Below are positions 37,990-47,808 of a stretch of DNA of 64,000 bases, in pieces. The notes under the pieces were generated by a model. The model ran no database searches, was not told where the DNA came from, and saw only the letters and a program-made list of their open reading frames with translations. This DNA is from an uncultured Verrucomicrobiae bacterium (GTDB lineage: Bacteria; Verrucomicrobiota; Verrucomicrobiia; Chthoniobacterales; JAATET01): the NCBI GenBank assembly GCA_963761705.1, contig CAVXHK010000003.1, forward strand, positions 577,455 to 641,454, read 5' to 3'. Within the stretch, counting starts at the first letter, position 1; each line of letters opens with the position of its first letter. Position numbers and translations under genes: made by a program.

Positions 37990-38211
37990 ATGAGAGATGA
38001 TGATGTCGTGACCGTTCGGGGTGTGCCGATTGAGCTGTGTCAGCTGCTAAAGTTCGCTGGGGTCGCGGATAGCGGGGGCGCGGCGAAGGTGGTGATCGCG
38101 GGCGGACTCGTGAGCGTCAACGGGGAGGTTGAGACGCGGAAGCGACGGAAGGTGCTGGCGGGAGACCGGGTGGAATTTGACGGTCGGGAGTTTTTCGTCG
38201 CGGTGGGGTGA
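37990..38211 (+). CDS. S4-domain RNA-binding protein (YbcJ-like)
   Basis: 73 aa: IELCQLLKFAGVADSGGAAKVVIAGGLVSVNGEVETRKRRKVLAGDRVEF. ATG 37990 is preceded by GGAGGG. Confidence 0.75.
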   Translation: MRDDDVVTVRGVPIELCQLLKFAGVADSGGAAKVVIAGGLVSVNGEVETRKRRKVLAGDRVEFDGREFFVAVG

Positions 38212-38384
38212 GCTGAGGCGGCTCAGGCGTTTGGGTGGTCTCGGGTGGATTGGGCGTCGGAGCTCGCGTTGCCGCGCTGGGCTGGAAGCCTGGGCACCCC
38301 GACTTTGCGGAATCTGGTGGTGGGAATGGCCGTTCGGCGGTATTTCTCTTGCCGCGCAAACAGCTGCGCGCTGCCCCCCGGAAT

Positions 38385-39788
38385 ATGAAAAACGACCCCT
38401 CCGCTGAATCGGATAATCTTCGATTCATCGCCCTCATCAGCATCGTTGCGACGATCGGCGGTTTTCTCTTTGGCTTCGATTCGGGGGTGATCAACGGGAC
38501 CGTCGATGGACTCAAGACGGCCTTCAAATCGGACAGCGTCGTCACGGGATTTAACGTGGCGTCGATGCTACTCGGCTGCGCGGTGGGAGCGTTTCTCGCC
38601 GGGTGGATGGCGGATCGATTTGGACGGCGGAGCATCCTTATCGTGGCGTCGGTGTTCTTTGCGGTGAGTGCGTGGGGTTCGGGAATCGCGACGTCGTCGG
38701 GCGAGTTCATTGTCTATCGAGTGCTGGGGGGACTGGCGGTTGGGGCGGCGTCCGTTTTGGCACCCGCTTACATCAGCGAAGTGTCGCCGGCGAAATGGCG
38801 GGGTCGGCTGGCGTCGATTCAGCAGATCGCGATCATCTCGGGTTTGTTCTGCGCATTTTTGAGCAACTACTTCATCGCGGGAGTGGCTGGGAGCTCGCTC
38901 GGGGTCTTTGCTTGGGGTTACGAGGCTTGGCGGTGGATGTTTTGGGTGGAGTTGGTGCCGGCGGTGGCGTTTTTCGCGGCGCTACTGGGCATCCCGGAGA
39001 GTCCGCGATTTCTCGTCGCTCGGGGTAAGCGCGAAGCAGCACTGCACGTTCTGCGGCGGTTGATGGGAGAACGAGCGGAGGGGAAATACGGCGAGATCGC
39101 GGCGTCTCTGGTGAGCGACCACCAGCCGCGGATGCGCGATTTGATCGGCCCAAATGGGGTGCGGCCCATCGTCTGGGTCGGCATCGCACTCGCGGTATTG
39201 CAGCAGCTTGTTGGGATCAACGTCGTGTTCTACTACGGTTCGGTGCTCTGGCAATCGGCGGGGTTCGAGGAGAGCGATGCGTTGCTGATCAACGTGCTGT
39301 CGGGCGGCGTGAGCATCGGTGCCTGCGCGGTGGCGATATCGGTGATTGATCGGATTGGTCGGCGTCCGATGCTGTTGATCGGGTCGGTCGGAATGTTTGT
39401 GACGTTGGCGGCGCTGGCGTTGATCTTCGGCCTGGCGGGAACGAACTCCGCGGGGAACTTGCGACTGGAGGGAAGCGCGGGGCCGATCGCGCTGGTGGCG
39501 GCAAATCTTTACGTGATCTTCTTCAACTTCTCGTGGGGGCCGGTGATGTGGGTGATGCTCGGCGAGATGTTTCCCAATCAGATTCGCGGTTCGGGTCTGG
39601 CGGTGAGCGGTCTGGGGCAGTGGGTCGCCAACTTCGGGATTACGATGACGTTTCCGATCATGCTTGCCGGGATCGGTTTGGGTGGAGCGTATGCGTCTTA
39701 CGCCGCGTTCGCTTTGGTGTCGGTATTCTTCGTTCTCTGGTTCGTCCGGGAGACAAAGGGGCGGGAGCTGGAAGAGATGGAGGGGTGA
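38385..39788 (+). CDS. MFS sugar porter family transporter
   Basis: Start ATG 38385. Contains GGFLFGFDSGVING, GRRSILI and PESPRFL, the sugar-porter signatures. Confidence 0.88.
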   Translation: MKNDPSAESDNLRFIALISIVATIGGFLFGFDSGVINGTVDGLKTAFKSDSVVTGFNVASMLLGCAVGAFLAGWMADRFGRRSILIVASVFFAVSAWGSGIATSSGEFIVYRVLGGLAVGAASVLAPAYISEVSPAKWRGRLASIQQIAIISGLFCAFLSNYFIAGVAGSSLGVFAWGYEAWRWMFWVELVPAVAFFAALLGIPESPRFLVARGKREAALHVLRRLMGERAEGKYGEIAASLVSDHQPRMRDLIGPNGVRPIVWVGIALAVLQQLVGINVVFYYGSVLWQSAGFEESDALLINVLSGGVSIGACAVAISVIDRIGRRPMLLIGSVGMFVTLAALALIFGLAGTNSAGNLRLEGSAGPIALVAANLYVIFFNFSWGPVMWVMLGEMFPNQIRGSGLAVSGLGQWVANFGITMTFPIMLAGIGLGGAYASYAAFALVSVFFVLWFVRETKGRELEEMEG

Positions 39789-39855
39789 CGTTGCGCGGCT
39801 CGCGGCTTGGCTGAGCGGGTTGGGTCATTGGCTGGAAACCAATGCCACGGGCGAT

Positions 39856-41337
39856 TCAGCTCTCGCCGCGAATTTCGGCTCGGTCTTCGAATCTCGTGTA
39901 TTCCTTCAGGAACGTCAGGGGGATGTCACCGGTGGGGCCATTTCGCTGCTTGGCGATGATGAGTTCGGCCTCGCCAGCTTTCTCCTGCTTCGCTTCGTCG
40001 TCGTCTTCATAGACTTCGGACCGGACGAGGAGGCCGACGATGTCGGCGTCCTGCTCGATGGAACCAGATTCCCGCAAATCGCTGATGCGCGGTCGGCCTT
40101 TCGATGCGCCGGTGCGGCTTTCGGGATTTCGATTGAGCTGGGCGAGGACGATGACGGGGATGTTTAACTCCTTGGCGAGAGCTTTGATGCCGGAGGAGAT
40201 TTCCGCGATTTCGATCTGGCGGTTTTCCTGAGCCCGCTTGGAGCTGGAGCGCAGGAGCTGGAGGTAATCGATGACGATGAGCTCGATGCCGTGTTGAGCT
40301 TGAAGGCGGCGGGCTTTGGCGCGGAGCTCGAGAACGGTGATGCCCGGGGTGTCGTCGATGAAGATGCGGCTCTCGATGAGGAGCTTGGCGGCTTGCCCGA
40401 TCTTCTCGGAGTCGGCGCGGCTGAGGAAACCGTCGCGGATGCGGGCGAGGTTGACCCGGGCGCAGGAGCAGAGGAGGCGCTGGACGAGCTGGGAGCTCGA
40501 CATTTCGAGGCTGAAGACGGCGACGGATTTTTGCGAAGTGACCGCGACGTGCTCGGCGATGTTCATCGAAAACGCCGTTTTTCCCATCGATGGTCGGGCG
40601 GCGATGACGAACATCTCCGCGCCGCGCATGCCGCCGGTCATTTGGTCGAGTTGCTTGAATCCGGTGGAAAGACCGGTGAGGCCGCCCTTGTTTTTGTAGA
40701 GGGTCTCGATTTCGTCGATGGCGGAGAGGATCATCGTCCGCATGTCCGGGAGGTTACCCTTGAAGCGGTCTTCGCCGATGGCCATGACGGCTTTTTCGAC
40801 GTCGTCCAGCAGGACCTTCACTTCGCCTTGCTCCTCGTAGCACCGGGACGCGGCCTCGGTGCAGGCCGCGATCATGGAGCGAAGGAGGAATTTCTCGCGG
40901 ACGATTTCGAGGTAGAACGTCGCGTTTGTTGCGGTCGGGACAAACGTGAAGAGTTCCGAGATCGTGGCGGGGCCGCCGCAGGCTTCGAGTTGATCGTGGT
41001 CGTCGAGGATCTGCGTGAGCGTGATGAAATCGACGGGCTTCGAGTCCTTCCACTGCTGGACCATCACCTCGTAGATGGTCTGATGGGGCGGGTGGTAGAA
41101 ATGATTCGGGCCGATCCGCTCGGCGCAGTCGACCATGACGCCGTTGGGCGAGAGCAGGGCCGAACACAGAAGGCCCTTCTCGGCGTCGAGGCTCTGGGGG
41201 AGCGTTCTGTGAATATCCGGTAAATAACTCCCGGATTTTTGGGGATAACTCCCGGAACGGGATTCCCGGCTGCCTCGCCCTTCCCCGTTATTTCTAGCGG
41301 GATTCTCCGGCTTTCTGGCCTGAGAATCTTCGGACAT
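39856..41337 (-). CDS. dnaB: replicative DNA helicase
   Basis: Full-length DnaB: Walker A ARPSMGKTAF, plus IIAKQRNGPTG. Confidence 0.92.
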   Translation of the reverse strand: MSEDSQARKPENPARNNGEGRGSRESRSGSYPQKSGSYLPDIHRTLPQSLDAEKGLLCSALLSPNGVMVDCAERIGPNHFYHPPHQTIYEVMVQQWKDSKPVDFITLTQILDDHDQLEACGGPATISELFTFVPTATNATFYLEIVREKFLLRSMIAACTEAASRCYEEQGEVKVLLDDVEKAVMAIGEDRFKGNLPDMRTMILSAIDEIETLYKNKGGLTGLSTGFKQLDQMTGGMRGAEMFVIAARPSMGKTAFSMNIAEHVAVTSQKSVAVFSLEMSSSQLVQRLLCSCARVNLARIRDGFLSRADSEKIGQAAKLLIESRIFIDDTPGITVLELRAKARRLQAQHGIELIVIDYLQLLRSSSKRAQENRQIEIAEISSGIKALAKELNIPVIVLAQLNRNPESRTGASKGRPRISDLRESGSIEQDADIVGLLVRSEVYEDDDEAKQEKAGEAELIIAKQRNGPTGDIPLTFLKEYTRFEDRAEIRGES

Positions 41338-41411
41338 CGGTGCGGTCTGTCGTGGCGGCGACGCTTGAGGTGCAGAGCGTCATGGAAGCTCCGCTACGGC
41401 CTGCGCCTTGA

Positions 41412-41909
41412 TTAGTCGTCGTCCTCGTCGGGAGCGGTCGTCTTTTCAATCACGTTTGCGGTGACTTTGACTTTGAGCTTGGCGGTGACGTCGGGATGGA
41501 TTTTGACGGGGACCTCGTGGTCGCCGGATTCCTTGATTCCCTTGTCGAGAACGACGGCGTGCTTGGGGAGGGTGACGTTCTGGAGTTCCTGCTCAATCTT
41601 CTCGGTGAGGTCCTTGGCGGTGATGGATCCGAAGGCCTTGCCGGACTCGCCGGTGTCGAGGGTGAGGTTGATGCGGAGCTTGTTGATGCGGGAGGCAAGT
41701 TCCTCGGCTTCGTTAAGCTCACGACCTTCGCGCTCGGCCCGCTTGGCTTTGAGGTGATTGATGGCGCGCATCGAGCCGGCGTTGGCTTCGAGCGCCTTGC
41801 CCTGGGGCAGAAGGAAATTGCGGGCGTAGCCGCGGCGAACCTTGACGATGTCCGCTTCGGCTCCGAGCGGGCCAATATTTTCAGTGAGGATAACTTCGGT
41901 GAGTGCCAT
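41412..41909 (-). CDS. rplI: 50S ribosomal protein L9
   Basis: Start ATG 41909 (MALTEVILTENIGPLGAEADIVKVRRGYARNFLLPQGKA). Confidence 0.9.
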   Translation of the reverse strand: MALTEVILTENIGPLGAEADIVKVRRGYARNFLLPQGKALEANAGSMRAINHLKAKRAEREGRELNEAEELASRINKLRINLTLDTGESGKAFGSITAKDLTEKIEQELQNVTLPKHAVVLDKGIKESGDHEVPVKIHPDVTAKLKVKVTANVIEKTTAPDEDDD

Positions 41910-42010
41910 GGTATGAGAGATTAGTGGGAGGGGAGAGGCTAGGGGGCGCGGGCGGGGAGTCAATTTATTTTGCGGCCGAGATTTTCTTGCCGCGAGAAGG
42001 CGTGGAACCC

Positions 42011-42760
42011 TCAGAAGTTCCGCTCGGCGATGGTTCGGAGGCCTTGGAGGGTCAAGGTCGGGTCGATGGTGTCGAAAATTTTCAGGGAGCCGCCGATGAG
42101 TTCCGCGTCGCCGCCGGTGGCAATGATGCGGGGGCGGCGGCGCGGGAAAGCTTCGCGGCGGATCTGGGCGAGGATTTCTTTGATGAGGCCGCGGTAGCCG
42201 TGGACGGCTCCGGCGAGCATGGCGGCAGGGGTTGATTTGCCGACAGCGGTGGTGGGTTCCGCGAGAGTGATGGCGGGGAGAAGTGCGGTGCGGTCGTGGA
42301 GGTAATGGGTCATCGCCTCGAGGCCGGGGGCGATGACGCCACCGATGTAGGCAGGTCCGGGGGGACCTGCAGCGATGATGTCGAAGGTCACGGCGGTGCC
42401 GAAGTCAACGACGATGGCGGGGAGGCGATGGAGGAGAGCGCAGGCGGCGGCGTTGGCGAGGCGGTCGGCTCCGATGGTGTCGGGTGCGGGGTAGTCGATG
42501 GTGACGCCGAGGTCGAGGGCGGCGGAGACCTCGAGAAAGGCCGACTTGTTCAGCGCGTGACGGATGACCTCAGCCTTGGGCGGAACGACCGAGGCGAAAA
42601 TGGCCCGGTCGAAGTCGAGCGACGCTAGAGTGGCTCTGAGACCTGTTGCCGTCAGGTCTGGCGTCGTGAGCCGGTGGACTCGACCAATTTTGTCGCCGGT
42701 GGCGACGGCGAACTTTGTGAAAGAGTTGCTGTTGTCGAGGAGGAGTGTGCGGCTGGCCAC
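42011..42760 (-). CDS. coaX: type III pantothenate kinase
   Basis: LLLDNSNSFTKFAV N-terminus and VVDFGTAVTFD, of the ASKHA fold; 249 aa. Confidence 0.85.
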   Translation of the reverse strand: MASRTLLLDNSNSFTKFAVATGDKIGRVHRLTTPDLTATGLRATLASLDFDRAIFASVVPPKAEVIRHALNKSAFLEVSAALDLGVTIDYPAPDTIGADRLANAAACALLHRLPAIVVDFGTAVTFDIIAAGPPGPAYIGGVIAPGLEAMTHYLHDRTALLPAITLAEPTTAVGKSTPAAMLAGAVHGYRGLIKEILAQIRREAFPRRRPRIIATGGDAELIGGSLKIFDTIDPTLTLQGLRTIAERNF

Positions 42761-42764
42761 AAGG

Positions 42765-43904
42765 TTACGCGAGCGGCTTGCGCTGCGGCGGTTTGCCTTT
42801 CTCGTCGGTTTCCGACGCGCCGGAGCTGTTGGCGAGTTCGGCCTCTTCAGGAGGGAGGAAATTGCGGAAGCGGCCTTTGTCGATGGCCTTCATGTAGGCT
42901 TCGTGTGGGGACACGTCGCCGGTGCGGAGTTGCTCCCAGATGGCGTCGTCCATGAATTGCATCCCCTCAGCGCGTCCGCCGACGATGACGTCCTGAAGCT
43001 TTTGGGTCGCGCCTTCGCGGATGATGGCGGCCGCAGCGGAGTTGACGACGAGGATTTCGTTGACCGCGACGCGACCGCTGCCGTCCTCCTTTTTCATGAG
43101 GAGCTGCGCAATGACGCCGCGCAGGGATGACGCGAGCATGGTGCGGACTTGCGCTTGTTGATCGGACGGAAAGACGTCGATCATCCGGTCGACGGTCTTT
43201 TGGGCGTTGTTCGTGTGAAGCGTGCCGAAGACCAGCATCCCGGTCTCGGCAGCGGTGAGGGCAAGCGAGATGGTCTCGAGATCGCGCATCTCACCAACGA
43301 GAACGATGTCGGCGTCTTCGCGGAGGGCGGCTTTGAGACCAGACGGAAACGAGGTGGAGTTCTCCGGGACTTCGCGCTGGGTGATGATCGAGTTCTTGTT
43401 TTTGTGAACGAATTCGATGGGTTCCTCGATGGTGACAATGTGGCGCGAGGAGGTCGAATTGATGTGATCGATCAGAGCGGCAAGGGTCGTCGACTTGCCT
43501 GAACCCGTGGGGCCGGTCACGAGGACCAGCCCGCCGCGGAGTTCGGCGAAACGTTTGATGACCTCCGGGACGCCCAGCTGGTCCAGGGTGGCGATTTTTG
43601 TCGGGATGAGGCGGAACACGGCTCCGTAGCCGTTCGATTGCTTGAGATAGTTGCAACGGAAGCGAGAGGCTTCATCCATCTCGTAGGCAAAATCGAGATC
43701 GCCGGATTTCTCGAAATCTTCCCACCGCTGGGGCGAGCAGATTTCGCTGAGCATGTAGGTCGCTTCGTCGCGGGTGATCACCTCGTCGCGAATGGGAAGA
43801 ATCTCACCGTGGCGCCGGACTTTTGGGGGTTCGCCTTCGGCGAGGTGGAGATCGGAGGCTCCGGATTCGATGAGGACTTTGAAGAATTGATCGATGTAGG
43901 CCAT
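42765..43904 (-). CDS. pilT: type IV pilus twitching-motility ATPase PilT
   Basis: GASDLHL, Walker A GPTGSGKSTT, and the VGEMRD / GTLHTN boxes. Confidence 0.9.
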   Translation of the reverse strand: MAYIDQFFKVLIESGASDLHLAEGEPPKVRRHGEILPIRDEVITRDEATYMLSEICSPQRWEDFEKSGDLDFAYEMDEASRFRCNYLKQSNGYGAVFRLIPTKIATLDQLGVPEVIKRFAELRGGLVLVTGPTGSGKSTTLAALIDHINSTSSRHIVTIEEPIEFVHKNKNSIITQREVPENSTSFPSGLKAALREDADIVLVGEMRDLETISLALTAAETGMLVFGTLHTNNAQKTVDRMIDVFPSDQQAQVRTMLASSLRGVIAQLLMKKEDGSGRVAVNEILVVNSAAAAIIREGATQKLQDVIVGGRAEGMQFMDDAIWEQLRTGDVSPHEAYMKAIDKGRFRNFLPPEEAELANSSGASETDEKGKPPQRKPLA

Positions 43905-43912
43905 GGGAGTTG

Positions 43913-43960
43913 GGTCGGAAGGTCGGAAGGTCGGAAGGTCGGAAGGTCGGAAGGTCTGAG
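43913..43960. repeat. octanucleotide tandem repeat (GGTCGGAA)x5 plus one degenerate unit
   Basis: Read directly. It fills most of the 61-nt spacer between the upstream PilT-family gene stop (43966) and the pilT ATG (43904). Confidence 0.95.
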
Positions 43961-43965
43961 GCCAG

Positions 43966-45084
43966 CTACTCGAGGCCGGTTAGTTTGCGCATGTCTTTCT
44001 TCTGGTCGGCGCGGGAGACGGCTTCTTCACCGGAGATGAGGCCTTGCTGAAAAAGCTCGGCGAGGGAGTCGTCCATGAGCCTCATGCCAAGACGTTTGCC
44101 CGTCTGGATGATGCCGGGGAGCATGAAGGTCTTGGCTTCGCGAATGGTGTTGGCGACGGCCGGAGAGTTCATTAGGACCTCGAGCGCGAGGCAGCGTCCG
44201 GTGCCGTCGGCGCGGGGAACGAGCTGCTGGCTGATGACGCCGCGGAGAGATTCCGACACCATGATGCGGATCTGATCGCGCTGATCGACTGGAAAGACGT
44301 CGAGCACGCGGTCGAGCGTCCGGGCGGCGTTGGCCGTGTGGAGGGTGCCGAGAACCAAGTGACCCGTCTCGGAGGCGGTGATGGCGAGCTGGATCGTCTC
44401 CAAGTCGCGCATCTCTCCGACCATGATGACGTCGGGGTCCTGTCGAAGGGCACCGCGGAGCGCAGCGGCGAAGGAGCCGGTGTGAGTGTGGACTTCTCGC
44501 TGGGTGACGTGGCAGCCGCGGGACGGGATGGTGTATTCGATCGGGTCCTCCAGAGTGATGATGTGGTCGCGGCGGCTCTTGTTGATCTCGTCGACGAGCG
44601 CAGCAAGCGTCGTCGACTTTCCGCTGCCGACCGCGCCGGTCACGAGGACGAGGCCGTTGTGGTATTGAGTCAGCAGCTTGAGTGAGGGGGGAAGACCGAG
44701 GTCGTCCATCGTGCGGATGCTGCTGTTAATGATGCGGAAGGTAAGATCGAGGCCGAGTCGCTGGCGGACGACGCTGGTTCGAAAGCGGCCCTGTTCGTTC
44801 GCGTAGGCGAAGTCGACGTCGCCGACGTCGGCGAGGTGGTGCTTCTGCGCGGCGGACAGAAAGCCCATGGCGAGCTTTTCGGTGTCGTCGGCGGTGAGCG
44901 GCGGCGCGTCGTCCCAGATCGGGGTGAGGCGGCCGAATCGACGCCAAGAGGGCGGCGAGTTCACACTCATGTGAATGTCGGAGGCTTCGTATTCTTTGCC
45001 GATATTGAGAAATTCGTCGACGTGCTGGAACTTCTGCTCGGGCTCGTGCATTAGTTCATCGGTAGCGGGGGCGGGTTGGCTCAC
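43966..45084 (-). CDS. PilT/PilU-family type IV pilus retraction ATPase (second paralogue)
   Basis: ASDIHM, Walker A GAVGSGKSTT, and the VGEMRD / GTLHTA boxes. Confidence 0.88.
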   Translation of the reverse strand: MSQPAPATDELMHEPEQKFQHVDEFLNIGKEYEASDIHMSVNSPPSWRRFGRLTPIWDDAPPLTADDTEKLAMGFLSAAQKHHLADVGDVDFAYANEQGRFRTSVVRQRLGLDLTFRIINSSIRTMDDLGLPPSLKLLTQYHNGLVLVTGAVGSGKSTTLAALVDEINKSRRDHIITLEDPIEYTIPSRGCHVTQREVHTHTGSFAAALRGALRQDPDVIMVGEMRDLETIQLAITASETGHLVLGTLHTANAARTLDRVLDVFPVDQRDQIRIMVSESLRGVISQQLVPRADGTGRCLALEVLMNSPAVANTIREAKTFMLPGIIQTGKRLGMRLMDDSLAELFQQGLISGEEAVSRADQKKDMRKLTGLE

Positions 45085-45161
45085 GGGGCAGACGGTAGAT
45101 TGGACACGTTATAGCGAACAAACGAAATCTCGCTTGAAGAATGGAAGGGTTCGGCGGCTCA

Positions 45162-45635
45162 ATGAACGCAGTTGTGAAAAAGAGATCGTGGCTGGTGGGC
45201 CGGGTTGCCGGAAATAGTTCGCACGCTCGGCTGGCGATCGGGCTCGTGCTGGCGATAACTTGCGGTTGCAACGAAACGAAGAGAGTCGACGATCGGAAGG
45301 TCGCGGCGGCGGTCCGAGCGCACGTCGAGGCGATGGCTGGTGGTGACGTTGGGGCCGCGTTGGCAACCGTAGATCCAGACGGTCCCGCGGCTGAAGACAT
45401 GGCGGCGAGCGTCGCGAGACTAGCCGAGTTCGAGGCGAGACTCGATTTGACTGACCTACGTTTCTCGGAACCCGGGATCGATAGCACCGAGGTCGGCTTC
45501 ACCTTGGTCGTCGAGGGCGGAGCGGGTTTTCGCGGCCGTGAGTTGAGGGGGACGCACGACATGCGCTGGAAAAGCGACGGTTGGAAGGTGTATTCGACCG
45601 AAATACGGTCAGTCGAATACCGGCCCACTGAGTGA
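45162..45635 (+). CDS. hypothetical exported/lipoprotein-like protein (NTF2-like small domain)
   Basis: Hydrophobic N-terminus ending ...LAITCGC, then ~120 aa with an alternating alpha/beta character. The opposing ORF 45056..45664 looks like its shadow. Confidence 0.45.
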   Translation: MNAVVKKRSWLVGRVAGNSSHARLAIGLVLAITCGCNETKRVDDRKVAAAVRAHVEAMAGGDVGAALATVDPDGPAAEDMAASVARLAEFEARLDLTDLRFSEPGIDSTEVGFTLVVEGGAGFRGRELRGTHDMRWKSDGWKVYSTEIRSVEYRPTE

Positions 45636-45816
45636 AGCGAAGGCGGGCCTAAACGCTTTCCCAACGGGATTCACACCAGCGGAGCTCGCCGCGCTCGTCG
45701 CCTGGGTCTCTTTCCATCGACTACGCGGGTCCGATTTGCTGCCGGTCAGAACTTTTGGGAATTGGATAAGCGCAGTTGCCGGTTGGAGCGCGTTTCACCT
45801 GTAACTCTATCTCATT

Positions 45817-45963
45817 ATGCTTTGGACCATCCTCATTATTCTCATCGTTCTTTGGGCTCTCGGCCTCGGTTTCGGCCTCGCGGGAAATCTGATTCATCTC
45901 ATTCTCTTGGTTGCGCTCGTCGTGCTGGTCGTTCAGCTGGTGACGGGGCGGCGGGTGCCCTGA
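45817..45963 (+). CDS. small membrane protein (lmo0937/DUF5670-like, 48 aa)
   Basis: Below the track's size cut-off. Own translation: MLWTILIILIVLWALGLGFGLAGNLIHLILLVALVVLVVQLVTGRRVP. The pattern MLWTI..LW.LG....G..IH.LLV...GRR is typical of this family. Confidence 0.6.
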   Translation: MLWTILIILIVLWALGLGFGLAGNLIHLILLVALVVLVVQLVTGRRVP

Positions 45964-46044
45964 GGGGTTCGCTCGAGAAGCAGGTCCTGATTCGCGCGGT
46001 TGGCCTTCGTTAAGAAACGGAGGAGAATCCAAGTGGGATCGACG

Positions 46045-46806
46045 CTAGTCTCCCAGGATTGCGCGCAGCGTCGCTGCGTCGGCGACGAGCTGGTCGGGGC
46101 TCTCGTCCTTGACGAATTCAAGCAGGGCGTGGCGGTCGGTCGGCGACTGCGCGATTTTTGCGAAGTAGCTTGCCCAGCGATCCGCCCCGACTGCGAGTGG
46201 CTGCCGTTCTCTTGTCGGGTGCCAGTGAAACACGTGGATGTTGCTCGTGCGCGCGAGGCAGGCTTCGAGGCTCTCGAGAGAATCCGCCTGAGACATCCCG
46301 ACCGGCGGTTGCCAGAGGGTGTCTAAATTCGGATGATCGGCGGCTTCGAGCAGCCGGAGCGTCGAGTCGGCCGTGTTCGTGTAGGTACCGCCGTGGAACT
46401 CGAGGGCGACGCGGATCTTTGCGGCAGCGGCTTGATCGCAGATGGTGTGCAGGCGATCCGCGAGAATCGCGGAGTCTGACGCGCTGACGTCCTCGGAGTC
46501 TTTTGTGCCCGCCCAGACGCGGACGGTCGGCGCTCCGAGCTCGGCGGCGGAGGCCAGGACGGGTTCGAAATCTGGTGCGGTTCCGTCGGCGGCGATGATC
46601 CGAAAATACGATCCGTATGCCGCGACGCTCAAACCGGCGTCGGCGGTCAGGGACCGGACTTCGCGGGCGGCGGCTTCGTTGCTTGGGGGCACGTGGACGT
46701 CGCCGCCCCATTCAATGGATTGGAGTCCCGCGCGGACGCAGAGTTCGGTGATCTCGCGGGGCGCGAGCGGGCGGAAGGTGATGGAAACGAGGCCGGGAGT
46801 GATCAT
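46045..46806 (-). CDS. sugar phosphate isomerase/epimerase (xylose-isomerase-like TIM barrel)
   Basis: 253 aa; ITPGLVSITFR...IEWGGDVH...ALEFHGGTYT, typical of the AP-endonuclease-2/TIM family. Confidence 0.75.
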   Translation of the reverse strand: MITPGLVSITFRPLAPREITELCVRAGLQSIEWGGDVHVPPSNEAAAREVRSLTADAGLSVAAYGSYFRIIAADGTAPDFEPVLASAAELGAPTVRVWAGTKDSEDVSASDSAILADRLHTICDQAAAAKIRVALEFHGGTYTNTADSTLRLLEAADHPNLDTLWQPPVGMSQADSLESLEACLARTSNIHVFHWHPTRERQPLAVGADRWASYFAKIAQSPTDRHALLEFVKDESPDQLVADAATLRAILGD

Positions 46807-46818
46807 GGTTAGGAGGGC

Positions 46819-47808
46819 TTACGCCATGCGGGCGGCGGCTTCGCGGGTGATGGCGGCGTGGAGGGGTTCGTCAGCCAAGTAGCGGCGACATTCGTCGACC
46901 ATCACTTGGCCCATGCGGCGGCATTCGTGGTTCTGGCTACCGGCGATGTGAGGGGTGAGAATGACGTTTGGCATCGTGAGCAACGGCGAATCGTGCTCGG
47001 GTGGCTCTGGATGGGTGACGTCGAGGATGGCGGTGAGGTCGGGGCGGTCGCGGAAGACCTCGATGAGGGCGGGTTCGTCGACGATGGCTCCGCGGGCGGT
47101 GTTGATGAACGTCGCGCCGGTCTTCATCGACGCGAGGAGGTCGCCGGTGATGAGGCCGATGGTCTCGGGGAGGAGGGGCGTATTGAGGGAGACGACGTCG
47201 CTGCGCCGAAAGAGATCGGCGAGAGAAACGAGCTCGACGTCGAGTTCGTCGGCTTGGGCTTCGGTCAAAAAAGGATCGTAGGCGATGACGTTGTGCTCGA
47301 ATGGCGCGAGGTAGCCGCGCAGGAGGCGGCCGGTCATTCCCATCGAAACGATGCCGACCGTGGACCGGTAGTTGCCCGGGACGGAGACGCGGGTCGGCAT
47401 TTTTCCGAATTCGCGGAGGGCGGCGGGGTAGGTCCAGGCGCGTTTGTTCGCGAGGATGATCTGGGCGAGGTTGAATTCGGCGACCGGGATGGCGTTGGCG
47501 GCCCAGGCGGAACAGATGGTGATGCCGCGATCCCAAGCCGCATCAGTCGCGAAGGCCTTGATCGAGCCGCTGCCGTAGAAGACGACTTTTAGATTGGGCG
47601 CTGAGGCGAGGAATTTTTCGTCGAGTCGCCGCATACCCCAACCGGAGAAGATCGCCTCCGCTTCGGCGAGGGCTTGCGGGTGTTCGTCGACCGTCTCGGC
47701 GGTCAGTGGCGGAGCGGTGACTTCGACCATCTTCTCGATCTGGCCGCGCTCAGCGGGGCCGTAGATGTTGTCGAACTGGTTGGAGACGAGCAGATAGATC
47801 GCTTTCAT
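46819..47808 (-). CDS. D-isomer-specific 2-hydroxyacid dehydrogenase family protein
   Basis: Start ATG 47808 overlaps the upstream stop as ATGA. NAD-binding [10 protein letters not shown], then ARGAIVDE and a catalytic-His region TPHIAG. Confidence 0.85.
   Translation of the reverse strand: MKAIYLLVSNQFDNIYGPAERGQIEKMVEVTAPPLTAETVDEHPQALAEAEAIFSGWGMRRLDEKFLASAPNLKVVFYGSGSIKAFATDAAWDRGITICSAWAANAIPVAEFNLAQIILANKRAWTYPAALREFGKMPTRVSVPGNYRSTVGIVSMGMTGRLLRGYLAPFEHNVIAYDPFLTEAQADELDVELVSLADLFRRSDVVSLNTPLLPETIGLITGDLLASMKTGATFINTARGAIVDEPALIEVFRDRPDLTAILDVTHPEPPEHDSPLLTMPNVILTPHIAGSQNHECRRMGQVMVDECRRYLADEPLHAAITREAAARMA

Noticed and set aside
43913-43960. The GGAAGG repeats as tandem Shine-Dalgarno sites
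   Set aside because: The SD-like sequence is on the + strand, where no gene follows. On the strand of pilT the tract reads CCUUCC and cannot pair with the anti-SD.
45056-45664. 202-aa minus-strand ORF opposite 45162-45635
   Set aside because: Its S/P/T/A-rich composition looks like a shadow. The + ORF has a signal-like N-terminus and balanced composition.
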